Assembly (NCBI GenBank): GCA_020053355.1
Contig: JAGVNI010000007.1
Location: 5,557-69,556, forward strand
DNA from: an archaeon
GTDB taxonomy: Archaea > Micrarchaeota > Micrarchaeia > Anstonellales > Bilamarchaeaceae
Direction: 5' to 3'
DNA: 64,000 nucleotides
The notes below the pieces were generated by a model. That model made no database searches. It was not told the DNA's origin and saw only the letters and a list, made by a program, of their open reading frames with translations. Positions within the stretch are counted from its first letter, which is position 1. Every line of letters starts with the position of its first letter. A program made the position numbers and the translations under genes. Below, piece after piece: positions 48,309 to 57,519 of the stretch.

Positions 48309-48962
48309 ATGTCACAATCCTCCAAACCCCCACAAACCCTCAGGTCGAGGGATGTGGCATCCGCCGCCGCAGCGCCACGAGGGCTAAATGTCCCCCAGTC
48401 CGGAGGCGCCGCACCACGCGAAGCGGAAACCGGGCACCACCGGATTCCCGAATCATTCGTCAAGGACCCCAAATGGAACCGCATCCTTGAAGAATCCATA
48501 TTCTTCGACCGCTTTAACGAAGAATACGCCGACAAGACGTGCATGGTCGGGGTGGACGAAGTCACTGCCGTCAAATCCAGCAGCCCGCTTGCCTGCATCG
48601 GCACCTCCACGCTCACCACCTGCATGGGCATCGCCGCCTACGACCCTGACAATTGCGTCGGTTCGGTGGCGCACGTCATGCTCGCATCGGAAACGCAGGA
48701 TTTCGGGCACGTCGCGAAGATGATATCGCTGGTCATCGAGGTGGCGGGCATCATCGGCGGAAAACATTTCATCCTTTATTCGTTCAACGGCCGCAACGGC
48801 ACGCGCGAGTGGAACGACGCGCTCGCGGGTTTCCTTGATGCCCAGGCCGGCTCGCTGATATCCTCCGGCATCGTGTCGAGATTCGAGCAGCGGGAGGAGC
48901 ACAATTTCGTCCTGGACACCAGGGACGGAAGCATCTTCACCGCCAATGTCGTGTCCGATTGA
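48309..48962 (+). CDS. CheD-like deamidase-fold protein
   Basis: GTSTLTTCMGIAAYD...GSVAHVML matches the CheD Cys/His pattern. Confidence 0.65.
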   Translation: MSQSSKPPQTLRSRDVASAAAAPRGLNVPQSGGAAPREAETGHHRIPESFVKDPKWNRILEESIFFDRFNEEYADKTCMVGVDEVTAVKSSSPLACIGTSTLTTCMGIAAYDPDNCVGSVAHVMLASETQDFGHVAKMISLVIEVAGIIGGKHFILYSFNGRNGTREWNDALAGFLDAQAGSLISSGIVSRFEQREEHNFVLDTRDGSIFTANVVSD

Positions 48963-48973
48963 CACGCCGCCCC

Positions 48974-49765
48974 CTAAATCCTCCTTCCGCTCGCATCCCG
49001 ATGCGCCTTGCCGAATTCAGGGAACGATAACGCCTCTTGCGCGCTGAACACCGGCCCGTCGACGCAGCAGAGTTTCCCTCCAATCGCGCACGAGCCGCAG
49101 ACTCCGACGCCGCATTTCATGTACCTCTCGACGCTCACTTCGCAGGGAACATTGTGCTGCATGCATAATCTCGCCACAGCCTCCATCATCCTCTCAGGGC
49201 CGCAGGCATAGACCGAATCTATTTTCTTCCCCTCAATCAGGCGCTGGGCTTCAGCCAGGACATTGCCCTTCATCCCCCGGGTGCCGTCATCCGTGGTGAT
49301 GAAAACCTCCTTGCAGACAGTGAAAAGCTGCTTCTCCCATACGATGTCCTTTGCGGTCTTCGCTCCCACGACCGCCAGCGTGTCGATTTTGTTCTCGCGC
49401 GCGACTTTTGCCAGGAAATACATCGGCACGACGCCGTACCCGCCGCCGACGACCAATATGCATTTGGCGCGCTCGGGGATGTTGAACGGCTTGCCAAGGG
49501 GCCCCCGGAATGAAACCATGCCGCCGGGTTTCAGCTCGTGGAGCTCCCCGGAAACCTTCCCGACATTGGCAACTGAAATCGTGAGCGGGTTGGAGTTCCC
49601 GATGCTCATCGGCTTCTCCCCGGCCCCCGGAACCCACACCATCAGGAACTGCCCGGGAAGCGCCTTTGGCAAATCACACTCCAGTTCGATGGTCTTCACC
49701 CGGTAGTTCTCATCAACGACCTTGCGGACTATTGCAGTCCGGATTGGATTAGTCACCTTTTTCAT
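48974..49765 (-). CDS. pyrK: dihydroorotate dehydrogenase electron transfer subunit
   Basis: PGQFLMVW, GGGYG, ACGPE, CGVGVCGSC...CVDGPVF; ATGA-coupled to pyrD. Confidence 0.93.
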   Translation of the reverse strand: MKKVTNPIRTAIVRKVVDENYRVKTIELECDLPKALPGQFLMVWVPGAGEKPMSIGNSNPLTISVANVGKVSGELHELKPGGMVSFRGPLGKPFNIPERAKCILVVGGGYGVVPMYFLAKVARENKIDTLAVVGAKTAKDIVWEKQLFTVCKEVFITTDDGTRGMKGNVLAEAQRLIEGKKIDSVYACGPERMMEAVARLCMQHNVPCEVSVERYMKCGVGVCGSCAIGGKLCCVDGPVFSAQEALSFPEFGKAHRDASGRRI

Positions 49766-50682
49766 GGGCAGCACCCCGTGATTTCCGGCAGGCTCTTCAC
49801 TCCGTTCCCTTCCATCCACGCCTTCATCTCTTTCGCGATTTCGCCAAACGCCTTCGGCCCCCTATAATATACGGCCGAACCGGCAGAGACCCATGAGGCG
49901 CCGGCCATCATCATCTCTATGGCATCCTCGCCGGTCGTTATCCCGCCGGTCCCGATAATCGGTATCTTCACGCTCCGGTAGATGTCATGCACCGCCCGGA
50001 CGATGATGGGCTTGATGGCAGGCCCTGTCAGCCCCCCGACCCCAAAACCAAGTATGGGCTTCCTTCTTGCCAAATCTATCTTCATTCCGGGCCCAAGCGA
50101 ATTCCCCATGTTAATGGCATCAGCCCCGGCATCTTCGGCCGCTTTCGCCGCCTTCCCCTCGCCTGGAATGGATGGCGAGAGCTTGATAATCAGCGGGAGC
50201 GAGCACTTGTCCTTGATGGCGCGGGTTATCTCCTTGATGGATTCAGGCGTCCCTTGGCCAGCCATCGTCCCGTATCCGGGGGTGTGCGGGCATGATATCG
50301 CGGCTTCGATTGCGCTTGCCCCGAGCGTCTTCTTCGCCTCCTCAACCCTTGCGGCAAGCTGCCCGAATTCCCCGGCATCCTTCCCCACGATGCTGATAAT
50401 GAGCGCTTCATCCCTGGCCCAGCCCCCGAATTCAGCAAGGCCCGATTCTATCCCAGGGTTCGGGTATCCCATCGCGTTCAGGAGGCCGCATTCGGTCTCG
50501 ACGATGTTCGGGCCGTCGTGCCCCTTGCGTGGCTCCAGCGTCAACGATTTCGCTATTACGCCTCCGCACCCGTTTTCGCATGCGGCCTCCAGGCTGCCCT
50601 TCGTCATGCCGAGCACTCCGGATGCGAGGATGATCGGGTTCTTGATTCTCTTTTTGAAGAATGCGCATTCAAGGCTTGCCAT
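49762..50682 (-). CDS. pyrD: dihydroorotate dehydrogenase B, catalytic subunit
   Basis: NPIILASG, NAMGYPNPG, ISCPH, GGLTGPAIKP, IIGTGGI. Confidence 0.93.
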   Translation of the reverse strand: MASLECAFFKKRIKNPIILASGVLGMTKGSLEAACENGCGGVIAKSLTLEPRKGHDGPNIVETECGLLNAMGYPNPGIESGLAEFGGWARDEALIISIVGKDAGEFGQLAARVEEAKKTLGASAIEAAISCPHTPGYGTMAGQGTPESIKEITRAIKDKCSLPLIIKLSPSIPGEGKAAKAAEDAGADAINMGNSLGPGMKIDLARRKPILGFGVGGLTGPAIKPIIVRAVHDIYRSVKIPIIGTGGITTGEDAIEMMMAGASWVSAGSAVYYRGPKAFGEIAKEMKAWMEGNGVKSLPEITGCCP

Positions 50683-50808
50683 AAGCTCCCCCTGTTCGTT
50701 CGAAAAGAGATAATAAAATTCTTGTGATTGGGCATGGTGGCCGTTCGTGGCCAAATCCTGCGAGGTGGGGACTTGAACCTTTATAAATATTGGTAATGAT
50801 TGAAACGC

Positions 50809-51534
50809 ATGAGAGGCGCAAACATAATCGTCATCCTGCTTGTTGTTGGACTGCTCATATTCGGTTGCACAGGTCCGACCCCCTCGGCACAACCGAACGG
50901 GGGCGGGAACAACCAATCAACCGGCGGCTCTGAAGGCACTTCCGGCTCATCCGGAGGCACAGGCACAACCGGCGCATCCGGTACAACCACTGGAACCGGC
51001 AGCACCGGCACAGGCGGAAATGAAGGCACGGGCGGAACAGGAACCTCCGGCAGCACCGGCGGCTCATCCGGAACCGGCGGCACGGCCGGCGATGATTTGA
51101 CCGGAAAGGGCTACGAAGCCCTTGTCGCGATGGGCATCCCGCTCCAGTGCGACATAACCGTGACGAATGACGGCAAGACGACCAATATGATGGTCTACAT
51201 GAAGGGGAGCGATGAAGTCCGCAGCGAAGTCGATGTTGAAGGCGCTGAGGCATGCACCCGCATGGTTTCCATCATGAAGGGCAAAACATTCTATACCGGC
51301 TGCGTCGACGATGAAATCATGCCGAACTGCAAATGGCTGCAGATGACCATCCAGGATTCCGGCACCACGACGACAGGAACATCGCAGCCTCCGGATTATG
51401 CCGATGTTCCCCCGGCCCAGATCAACTGCGTTCCCTGGGTGTATGACGCATCCAAGTTCTCGGTTTCAGGCACGGTCTGCAACCTGGACGACATGATGCA
51501 GGGATACCAGCAGGGCAACTATCCAAACGACTGA
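50809..51534 (+). CDS. lipoprotein with Gly/Ser/Thr-rich linker
   Basis: LLIFGC lipobox, ~70-aa GTS low-complexity tract, Cys-containing domain. Confidence 0.8.
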   Translation: MRGANIIVILLVVGLLIFGCTGPTPSAQPNGGGNNQSTGGSEGTSGSSGGTGTTGASGTTTGTGSTGTGGNEGTGGTGTSGSTGGSSGTGGTAGDDLTGKGYEALVAMGIPLQCDITVTNDGKTTNMMVYMKGSDEVRSEVDVEGAEACTRMVSIMKGKTFYTGCVDDEIMPNCKWLQMTIQDSGTTTTGTSQPPDYADVPPAQINCVPWVYDASKFSVSGTVCNLDDMMQGYQQGNYPND

Positions 51535-51539
51535 CGCTT

Positions 51540-51610
51540 ATGGCGGGGAACCACCATTCCACCCACCCATCCCTCCTTTTGGTTGGTGGCCAGCCCCCCA
51601 TTATTTTTTT
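51540..51610 (+). terminator. probable terminator (imperfect hairpin + T tract)
   Basis: CCACCA/TGGTGG pairing followed by a T7 run after the stop codon. Confidence 0.4.
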
Positions 51611-51801
51611 AAACCTGTTTTTCATTTTCCCCAAGCGGCAATGGTTTCGCAATCCTGCCCGGTTTCCTCATCCGGTGCGGGGCCGCTTATAAAAGCCGAT
51701 ATGAATATGCCGAACCGGCCCAGGACAAGACTCGCGTTTATATTCTTTTCTTAGGTAATTGTATTCACTTATTATCGAATGAATATTGAGTGGTGGTACT
51801 G

Positions 51802-52884
51802 ATGTTCGATGACATCATCAAGGCTGCAAAGGAGGGGGGTGCGCAGCCGGCCCAGCAAGCTTCTCCGGCAAGCGAGATGGACAACGCGGCCATACGCATT
51901 TCAGTGATAGGCGTCGGCGGCGCAGGCTGCAACTGCGTGAACAGGCTTTACCAGAACGGCCTGAAAAGCGCGCGCACCGTCGCAATCAACACGGATGGCA
52001 AGCACCTGAACATGATAGGCGCGCAGAAGAAAATCCTTCTCGGAAAAACAATCACCCGCGGCCTGGGGGCAGGAGGGGACCTGAACGTCGCTAAAAAATG
52101 CGCTGAAATCGACCGCGACATGCTGAGAAAAGAGATTGGCGAGAACGAACTGGTGTTCTTAGTCGCCGGCATGGGCGGCGGCACCGGAAGCGGCGCATCG
52201 CCGGCGATTGCCCAGATGGCGCGCGAGCAGGGCGCGATTGTCGTCGCAATGGTCACGTACCCGTTCGCCCTTGAAAGGGTGAGGCTCAAAAAGGCCCAAA
52301 CCGCGCTGACAGAGCTGGTCAAGGTCTGCGACACCGTCGTCGTCATCGACAACAACAGGCTTGCGTCTTACGTCCCCAACCTGCCTGTGAACAAGGCGTT
52401 CGAGCTTGCTGATTCGATTACCACCCGGGCGGTGACCGGCATATCTGACACAATCATGTTCCCGAGCCTTATCAACGTGGATTATGCCGATGTCAAGACG
52501 GTGATGCAGGGCGGGGGGCTGTCCATGATTTCCCTCGGCTCCGGCAACGGCCACAACAAGGTGGACGATGTCGTGAAAGACACGCTCCAGCACCCGCTCC
52601 TCGATGTCAACTACGAGGGCGCCAAAGGCTGTCTCATCCACCTGGAAGGCGGGCCCGACCTGTCCCTCGGGGACGCGATAAAGGCCGGGGAGCGCCTCAC
52701 TGAAAGCTTCGATGAGAGCGCGAACGTGAAGATGGGCGCGCGCATAAACCCGCAATTGAAAGACGGGATGCGCATAACCGCGATAATCACCGGGGTTAAA
52801 TCCCCGTACATCCTGGGCAAGGGCGCCGAAACCGGCTCCCGCCCCGGAACCGAAGCCCAAGGCGGCGATTTGGACTACCTCTGA
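51802..52884 (+). CDS. ftsZ: cell division protein FtsZ
   Basis: GVGGAGCN, GLGAG, GMGGGTGSG, INVDYAD. Confidence 0.97.
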   Translation: MFDDIIKAAKEGGAQPAQQASPASEMDNAAIRISVIGVGGAGCNCVNRLYQNGLKSARTVAINTDGKHLNMIGAQKKILLGKTITRGLGAGGDLNVAKKCAEIDRDMLRKEIGENELVFLVAGMGGGTGSGASPAIAQMAREQGAIVVAMVTYPFALERVRLKKAQTALTELVKVCDTVVVIDNNRLASYVPNLPVNKAFELADSITTRAVTGISDTIMFPSLINVDYADVKTVMQGGGLSMISLGSGNGHNKVDDVVKDTLQHPLLDVNYEGAKGCLIHLEGGPDLSLGDAIKAGERLTESFDESANVKMGARINPQLKDGMRITAIITGVKSPYILGKGAETGSRPGTEAQGGDLDYL

Positions 52885-52896
52885 TTTGGTGAACCT

Positions 52897-55800
52897 GTGT
52901 TTGTATCCTTCGACCCAGTTTTGTTCCTGGCATGGTTATTGTTGTCTAGCCTCATCCCCGGCGCAGCGCTTTCTCTCGCCCTTTTCCGGAAGCATGAGGG
53001 CTTCGGCCTCGTGGAGAAAATATGCATAGGCTTCGCCCTTGGGTTCGTGCTGCTCCCCCTGGTGCCATTCCTGCTTTACTTCCTGGCTGGAGTCAAATTC
53101 ACGCACGATATCGCCATGCTCGCCGTCGGCCTCCTTTACCTTGTTGCCCTCGCGGCGGTGTTCATCACCAAGACATACGAGGACTTCATGCCCAAGGAGA
53201 TGAAGGTCCGGCTTTCGCCTGAACTCCTGATTCCGGCCGCCCTGATAATCCTCCTCATCCTCACCTACCTGGTCCGCATCAGCTCCTACAGCCCGATTTT
53301 CCAGGAGCTCGACCCGTATTACTATACCTACGCCGCCACGCAGCTGCTCAGCTCCGGCGAGAACCCGTTCGGGGACTCGACCGCCTGGTATCCTGACCTT
53401 AACCTCAACCACAGGGCGGTGCCGATGCTCTCCTACCTGGAAGCGGAATGGTACACGCTCTACACGGGCGGCGGGGCATACGACAACATGCTCCTTGCCG
53501 ACATCGCTTCCATGTATCCGCCGGTCGCGGCGGTGCTTTCTGTCTTCTTCATCTACCTCCTCGTGTCCGTCGCGACGAAACGGGAATGGGGCCTCGCAGC
53601 GGCGGGAATCGCATCCTTCGTCCCGGTGTTCGTTTTCAAATTGGCCGCAGGAGAGCAGGAAATCCAGCCATACGCGTTCTTCGCGCTCATGTTCTTCTAC
53701 GCCATGTACCTCCTTTCGGTCAAGCGGAGGGATTTGCGCATGCCGACCGCCAAGGACATGAACATGGGCAAAGACGTCCTTTTCCCCATTCTCGCGGGGT
53801 TCGCGTTTGCCGCGCTTGCCATGGGGAGCGCATCACAGATACTCGCGGTCGTGTCCCTGATACTTTTCATACTCGTCCAGGCAATCCTGGTCTTTTTGCG
53901 CGACAAGGACGAAAGCGAGCTTAAGCACATCCTGCTGTCAAACAGCATCATCTTCATAATCGGCCCCCTGGTTGCAAGCGCGATAATCAAGCCGCTCTAC
54001 GGTGCCGGGGCAATCTCGCCCTCCATCGCGGTCGCATTCGCGATGCCAATCGCATTCGCCGCTGTGCTCTATGGCATCAAGAAGGCCGTGCCTGACCGGA
54101 TGACGGGCGTGGCTATCCTGGCCGCGATGATGATAATCGGGCTCGCCATATTCGTCGCGACCCCGCTCGGCGACTATGTGAAGAACCTGGGGAAGGCCGG
54201 TTTCGAGATAGCCAAGTACAACGCCCCCCTGGACCGGACAATCGCCGAGCAGGGCAATGCGGCGACCACATTCGGGGGCCAGATGGGATTCATCGCATCG
54301 AATTATTTCTTCCCTGCATCCATCGATTCCCCAAGCAATGCGATGAACATCATAATGTACGTATTGCTCCTGCCATTCACGTTCATCGTCAACGTGATAC
54401 TCGCGGCTTTCGTCGCGCTTGCCAACCTTTTCCTTGGAACCGACGTCGCCCTTGGCGAGAAGGACGTCAGCTTCATGCAGTTCTGGGTGTTCCTGTTCTT
54501 CATGGCCTGCGCGTATTCCGCCTTCAGGTTCATGAAGAAGGAGGACGAGGGGCTTTTCATATTTTTCCTGGCAATCGTGCTACCCCCGCTCGTCGTCGGG
54601 CTCATCAAGGCCAAATACACGATATACTCCGGCGTGCTTCTGGCAGTCGCCATCGGGTTCACCCTGGGCATGCTCGGGAGCATCATCGTGTCCATCTCGA
54701 AATTCCTCAAGCAGGAAGCCCTCGGTAAATTCGCATATTCCGTCCCGGTCGTCATCGCCGTGCTTCTGGTCCTGCTGCAGTTCGTGTACCAAGGGTTCGC
54801 CCCGTCTTTGATATGGGGCTCGACCCAGACGCTCTACCAGAACGACCCTGCAGCCCTGGCGCCGAAGTTCTCGCAGTTCTGCAACCAGAGCGGCGACCCT
54901 GAGGTGTGCGCCGCTGCCGCAGACCCGATGGGCTATGCGAACCGGGGCACGAACTACCAGTACAGCTCCAAACTGTGCATGCTCTCGCTTTTCTCGGACT
55001 ATTCCATCCTGACCTACATGTACGACAGCAATTCCTCGAACGACGCGCTCATCCCATCCTATGCGGCGACCTCGGCGTCATTCCGGTGCCAGAGGCTCTC
55101 CGACTACTGGATTGACTCGATGGAGTGGATAAAGAACAACACCGAACCCGGGGCGAGGATTACGTCCTGGTGGGACTACGGCCACTGGATAAACTACTTC
55201 GGGGAACGCAACGCCGTGATACGCAACGAGCACGCATCGCATGAGATGATTGGCGATGTTGCCCACGGATACCTCGACGCCACGCCGGAAGAATTGAAAG
55301 CCTGGATGGTCGCGCACGGAAGCAAATACGCGCTCTTCGACATGGAGCTCGTGTCCGGCGGGGGCTCGCTTGGCGGCAAGTACGGCGCCCTGAACTACCT
55401 CTCCTGCGCGAGGGACAACCTCACATCCGTGGCAAATTCACCCGGCGAATCCTCGTGCGAGGCGGACCACCTCTGGGAGACAGTTCTCGTATCAGGCAAC
55501 CCCTGCACTATATCGTCCCTGACGGGCAAGACCGGCCTGACAGCATACAAGGTTTACGCCGGCCAGACCTACCTGCCGTATTATCCGAACGACTGCATCG
55601 CGCCTACCGACGCCAGGATACTCTCATACTGCCGGGATTACATCCGCGTGGAGCCGGTATACTGCGTCGCCAACACGACCCTCGTCACCGGCGACACGAC
55701 GTTCACGACGTATTACCTGAACGAGACTTACCCGAACGGCGATTTGAAGCTCAATAAGGCCCTGCTCCAGCTTCCATTCCAGCTTCCGACAAGCGTGCAC

Positions 55801-56010
55801 CTGGGGCAGGCGACCGGGGTCACGCTTTTCTATACCGATGACACGGTATGGCTCGAGAACGGCCTTCCCGTTAGCGGCTATTCGGACCGCAAGGGCAAGT
55901 TCTACGACTCGGCCTTATATCGCGCGATTTTCCTGAACAACCTCCCCGGATTCACTGAGGTGTATTCGTCACCCAGCGGGGCGGTGAAGATTTACAAGAT
56001 AGCGGAATGA
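52897..56010 (+). CDS. aglB: oligosaccharyltransferase AglB (STT3 family)
   Basis: ELDPYY, TIAEQ, SWWDYGHWI, multiple TMs. Confidence 0.92.
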   Translation: MFVSFDPVLFLAWLLLSSLIPGAALSLALFRKHEGFGLVEKICIGFALGFVLLPLVPFLLYFLAGVKFTHDIAMLAVGLLYLVALAAVFITKTYEDFMPKEMKVRLSPELLIPAALIILLILTYLVRISSYSPIFQELDPYYYTYAATQLLSSGENPFGDSTAWYPDLNLNHRAVPMLSYLEAEWYTLYTGGGAYDNMLLADIASMYPPVAAVLSVFFIYLLVSVATKREWGLAAAGIASFVPVFVFKLAAGEQEIQPYAFFALMFFYAMYLLSVKRRDLRMPTAKDMNMGKDVLFPILAGFAFAALAMGSASQILAVVSLILFILVQAILVFLRDKDESELKHILLSNSIIFIIGPLVASAIIKPLYGAGAISPSIAVAFAMPIAFAAVLYGIKKAVPDRMTGVAILAAMMIIGLAIFVATPLGDYVKNLGKAGFEIAKYNAPLDRTIAEQGNAATTFGGQMGFIASNYFFPASIDSPSNAMNIIMYVLLLPFTFIVNVILAAFVALANLFLGTDVALGEKDVSFMQFWVFLFFMACAYSAFRFMKKEDEGLFIFFLAIVLPPLVVGLIKAKYTIYSGVLLAVAIGFTLGMLGSIIVSISKFLKQEALGKFAYSVPVVIAVLLVLLQFVYQGFAPSLIWGSTQTLYQNDPAALAPKFSQFCNQSGDPEVCAAAADPMGYANRGTNYQYSSKLCMLSLFSDYSILTYMYDSNSSNDALIPSYAATSASFRCQRLSDYWIDSMEWIKNNTEPGARITSWWDYGHWINYFGERNAVIRNEHASHEMIGDVAHGYLDATPEELKAWMVAHGSKYALFDMELVSGGGSLGGKYGALNYLSCARDNLTSVANSPGESSCEADHLWETVLVSGNPCTISSLTGKTGLTAYKVYAGQTYLPYYPNDCIAPTDARILSYCRDYIRVEPVYCVANTTLVTGDTTFTTYYLNETYPNGDLKLNKALLQLPFQLPTSVHLGQATGVTLFYTDDTVWLENGLPVSGYSDRKGKFYDSALYRAIFLNNLPGFTEVYSSPSGAVKIYKIAE

Positions 56011-56117
56011 GCCCCCGCCCCCTTCGGCACCCGGGCGCGTTGCGCGGCATGTGGTTTCCCAGCCCAACCTGTCGCGCTGGTTTAAAATAAATGCCCCCAT
56101 TAATCGTGCGGGAGAAC

Positions 56118-57431
56118 ATGTACTCACGAAGGCTTCTAGAAGAATTCAGGAAAATGGGCATCGAGGCAGGCGACCGCATACGAATCCTCTGCGCCGGCAC
56201 CCCGTTCGAAGGGTTCCTGATGCCCCGCCCGGCCGGAGGGGATGAGGACATCATCGTCCTCAAGCTCGACAACGGCTATAACACGGGCATGAAGGCGGAT
56301 TCGGTCGAACTGGTAGGCAAGGCCCCGAAAAAGCCCCCCGCCGTGCAGGAAGATGCCGGATCATCAGCAAAGGGCGGCATCGCCATCCTCGGATGCGGCG
56401 GCACAATCGCTTCGAAAATCGAATACAAGACGGGCGCGGTATATCCCTCCATCACCCCCCGCGAATTGCGCATGGCGTTTCCCGCACTCAAGAAATGGGA
56501 TATACACTCCAGGCAGATTTTCTCGCTATTTTCAGAGGACATGAACGCGTTGCATTGGAGGATGCTGGCAGATGCGATTGAGGACGAAATCAAGGACGGG
56601 AGCGAAGGCATCGTCGTCATGCACGGCACGGATACGATGACCTACACCTCGGCGGCCATAAGCTACATGCTCCAGAACCTCCCCATCCCGATTGTCATCG
56701 TAGGCTCGCAGAGAAGCTCGGACCGCCCCTCAAGCGAGAACGAGATGAACATGCTGAACTCCGTATTCTCGGCCACGCAGGACGTTGGCGAAGTCACGGT
56801 GTGCATGCATGCCACGACCAATGACGATTTCTGCCACCTGCACCGCGGGACAAGGGTGCGGAAGATGCACACCTCGCGAAGGGACGCGTTCCATTCCATC
56901 AACTCCCATCCCCTTGCTGCCGTGGATTACCGGGTGAAACGCTTCGAGCGCCTTGCGGAATGGGTGCCCAGGCGGAGCGGCGGATTGATTGCGAAAAAGG
57001 AGCTGAACGACAATGTCGCCATGGTTTACGTCCACCCGAACATCAAGCCGGAGTTTCTTGCGAAACTGGACGATTATGACGGCATCGTGCTGATAGGGAC
57101 GGGCCTTGGCCACACCCCGGCGAATGCCTTCGACGACAAGTCGGTCAAAGGCGTGGTCAATCCCATCCGGGAACTCGTATCCTCAGGCATACCGGTCGCG
57201 ATGACCAGCCAGTGCATATCCGGCCGCGTCTGCATGCGCGTATATTCCACAGGGCGGCTTCTCATGGATGCCGGGGTCATAGGCGACGGCGCGGACTGGA
57301 CGCCGGAAGCCGCATACGTGAAAATGTGCTGGACGCTCGGGCAGACCAAGGACATGAAGGGGATAAGCCGTCTCATGATGGAGAACATCGCGGGCGAGAT
57401 AACCGGGCGCTCTGCAATCGAGGGGTATTGA
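56118..57431 (+). CDS. gatD: Glu-tRNA(Gln) amidotransferase subunit D
   Basis: KLDNGYN, GGTIAS, HGTDTM, SQRSSDRPSS, RKMHTSRRDAF. Confidence 0.96.
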   Translation: MYSRRLLEEFRKMGIEAGDRIRILCAGTPFEGFLMPRPAGGDEDIIVLKLDNGYNTGMKADSVELVGKAPKKPPAVQEDAGSSAKGGIAILGCGGTIASKIEYKTGAVYPSITPRELRMAFPALKKWDIHSRQIFSLFSEDMNALHWRMLADAIEDEIKDGSEGIVVMHGTDTMTYTSAAISYMLQNLPIPIVIVGSQRSSDRPSSENEMNMLNSVFSATQDVGEVTVCMHATTNDDFCHLHRGTRVRKMHTSRRDAFHSINSHPLAAVDYRVKRFERLAEWVPRRSGGLIAKKELNDNVAMVYVHPNIKPEFLAKLDDYDGIVLIGTGLGHTPANAFDDKSVKGVVNPIRELVSSGIPVAMTSQCISGRVCMRVYSTGRLLMDAGVIGDGADWTPEAAYVKMCWTLGQTKDMKGISRLMMENIAGEITGRSAIEGY

Positions 57432-57519
57432 TGAAAATCGGGATTGAAATCCGTTTGGACCGCGGTCCAAATCTTTCAATTCCTCAGGTGATACTTCATG
57501 AAAATCGGAATTGAAATCC
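57431..57519 (+). repeat. 22-bp direct repeat of the gatE start flanking a hairpin (uORF 57431-57514)
   Basis: ATGAAAATCGGGATTGAAATCC (57431-52) vs ATGAAAATCGGAATTGAAATCC (57498-519); palindrome TTTGGACCGCGGTCCAAA (57454-71). Confidence 0.85.

Noticed and set aside
50920..51090. Repetitive GGCAC/ACCGGC sequence
   Set aside because: It encodes the Gly/Thr/Ser linker of a lipoprotein; not an independent repeat element.
57440..57516. ATTGAAA / TTTCAAT words resembling CRISPR repeat ends
   Set aside because: ATTGAAA is the Ile-Glu coding sequence of the GatE N-terminus, and there is no array periodicity.
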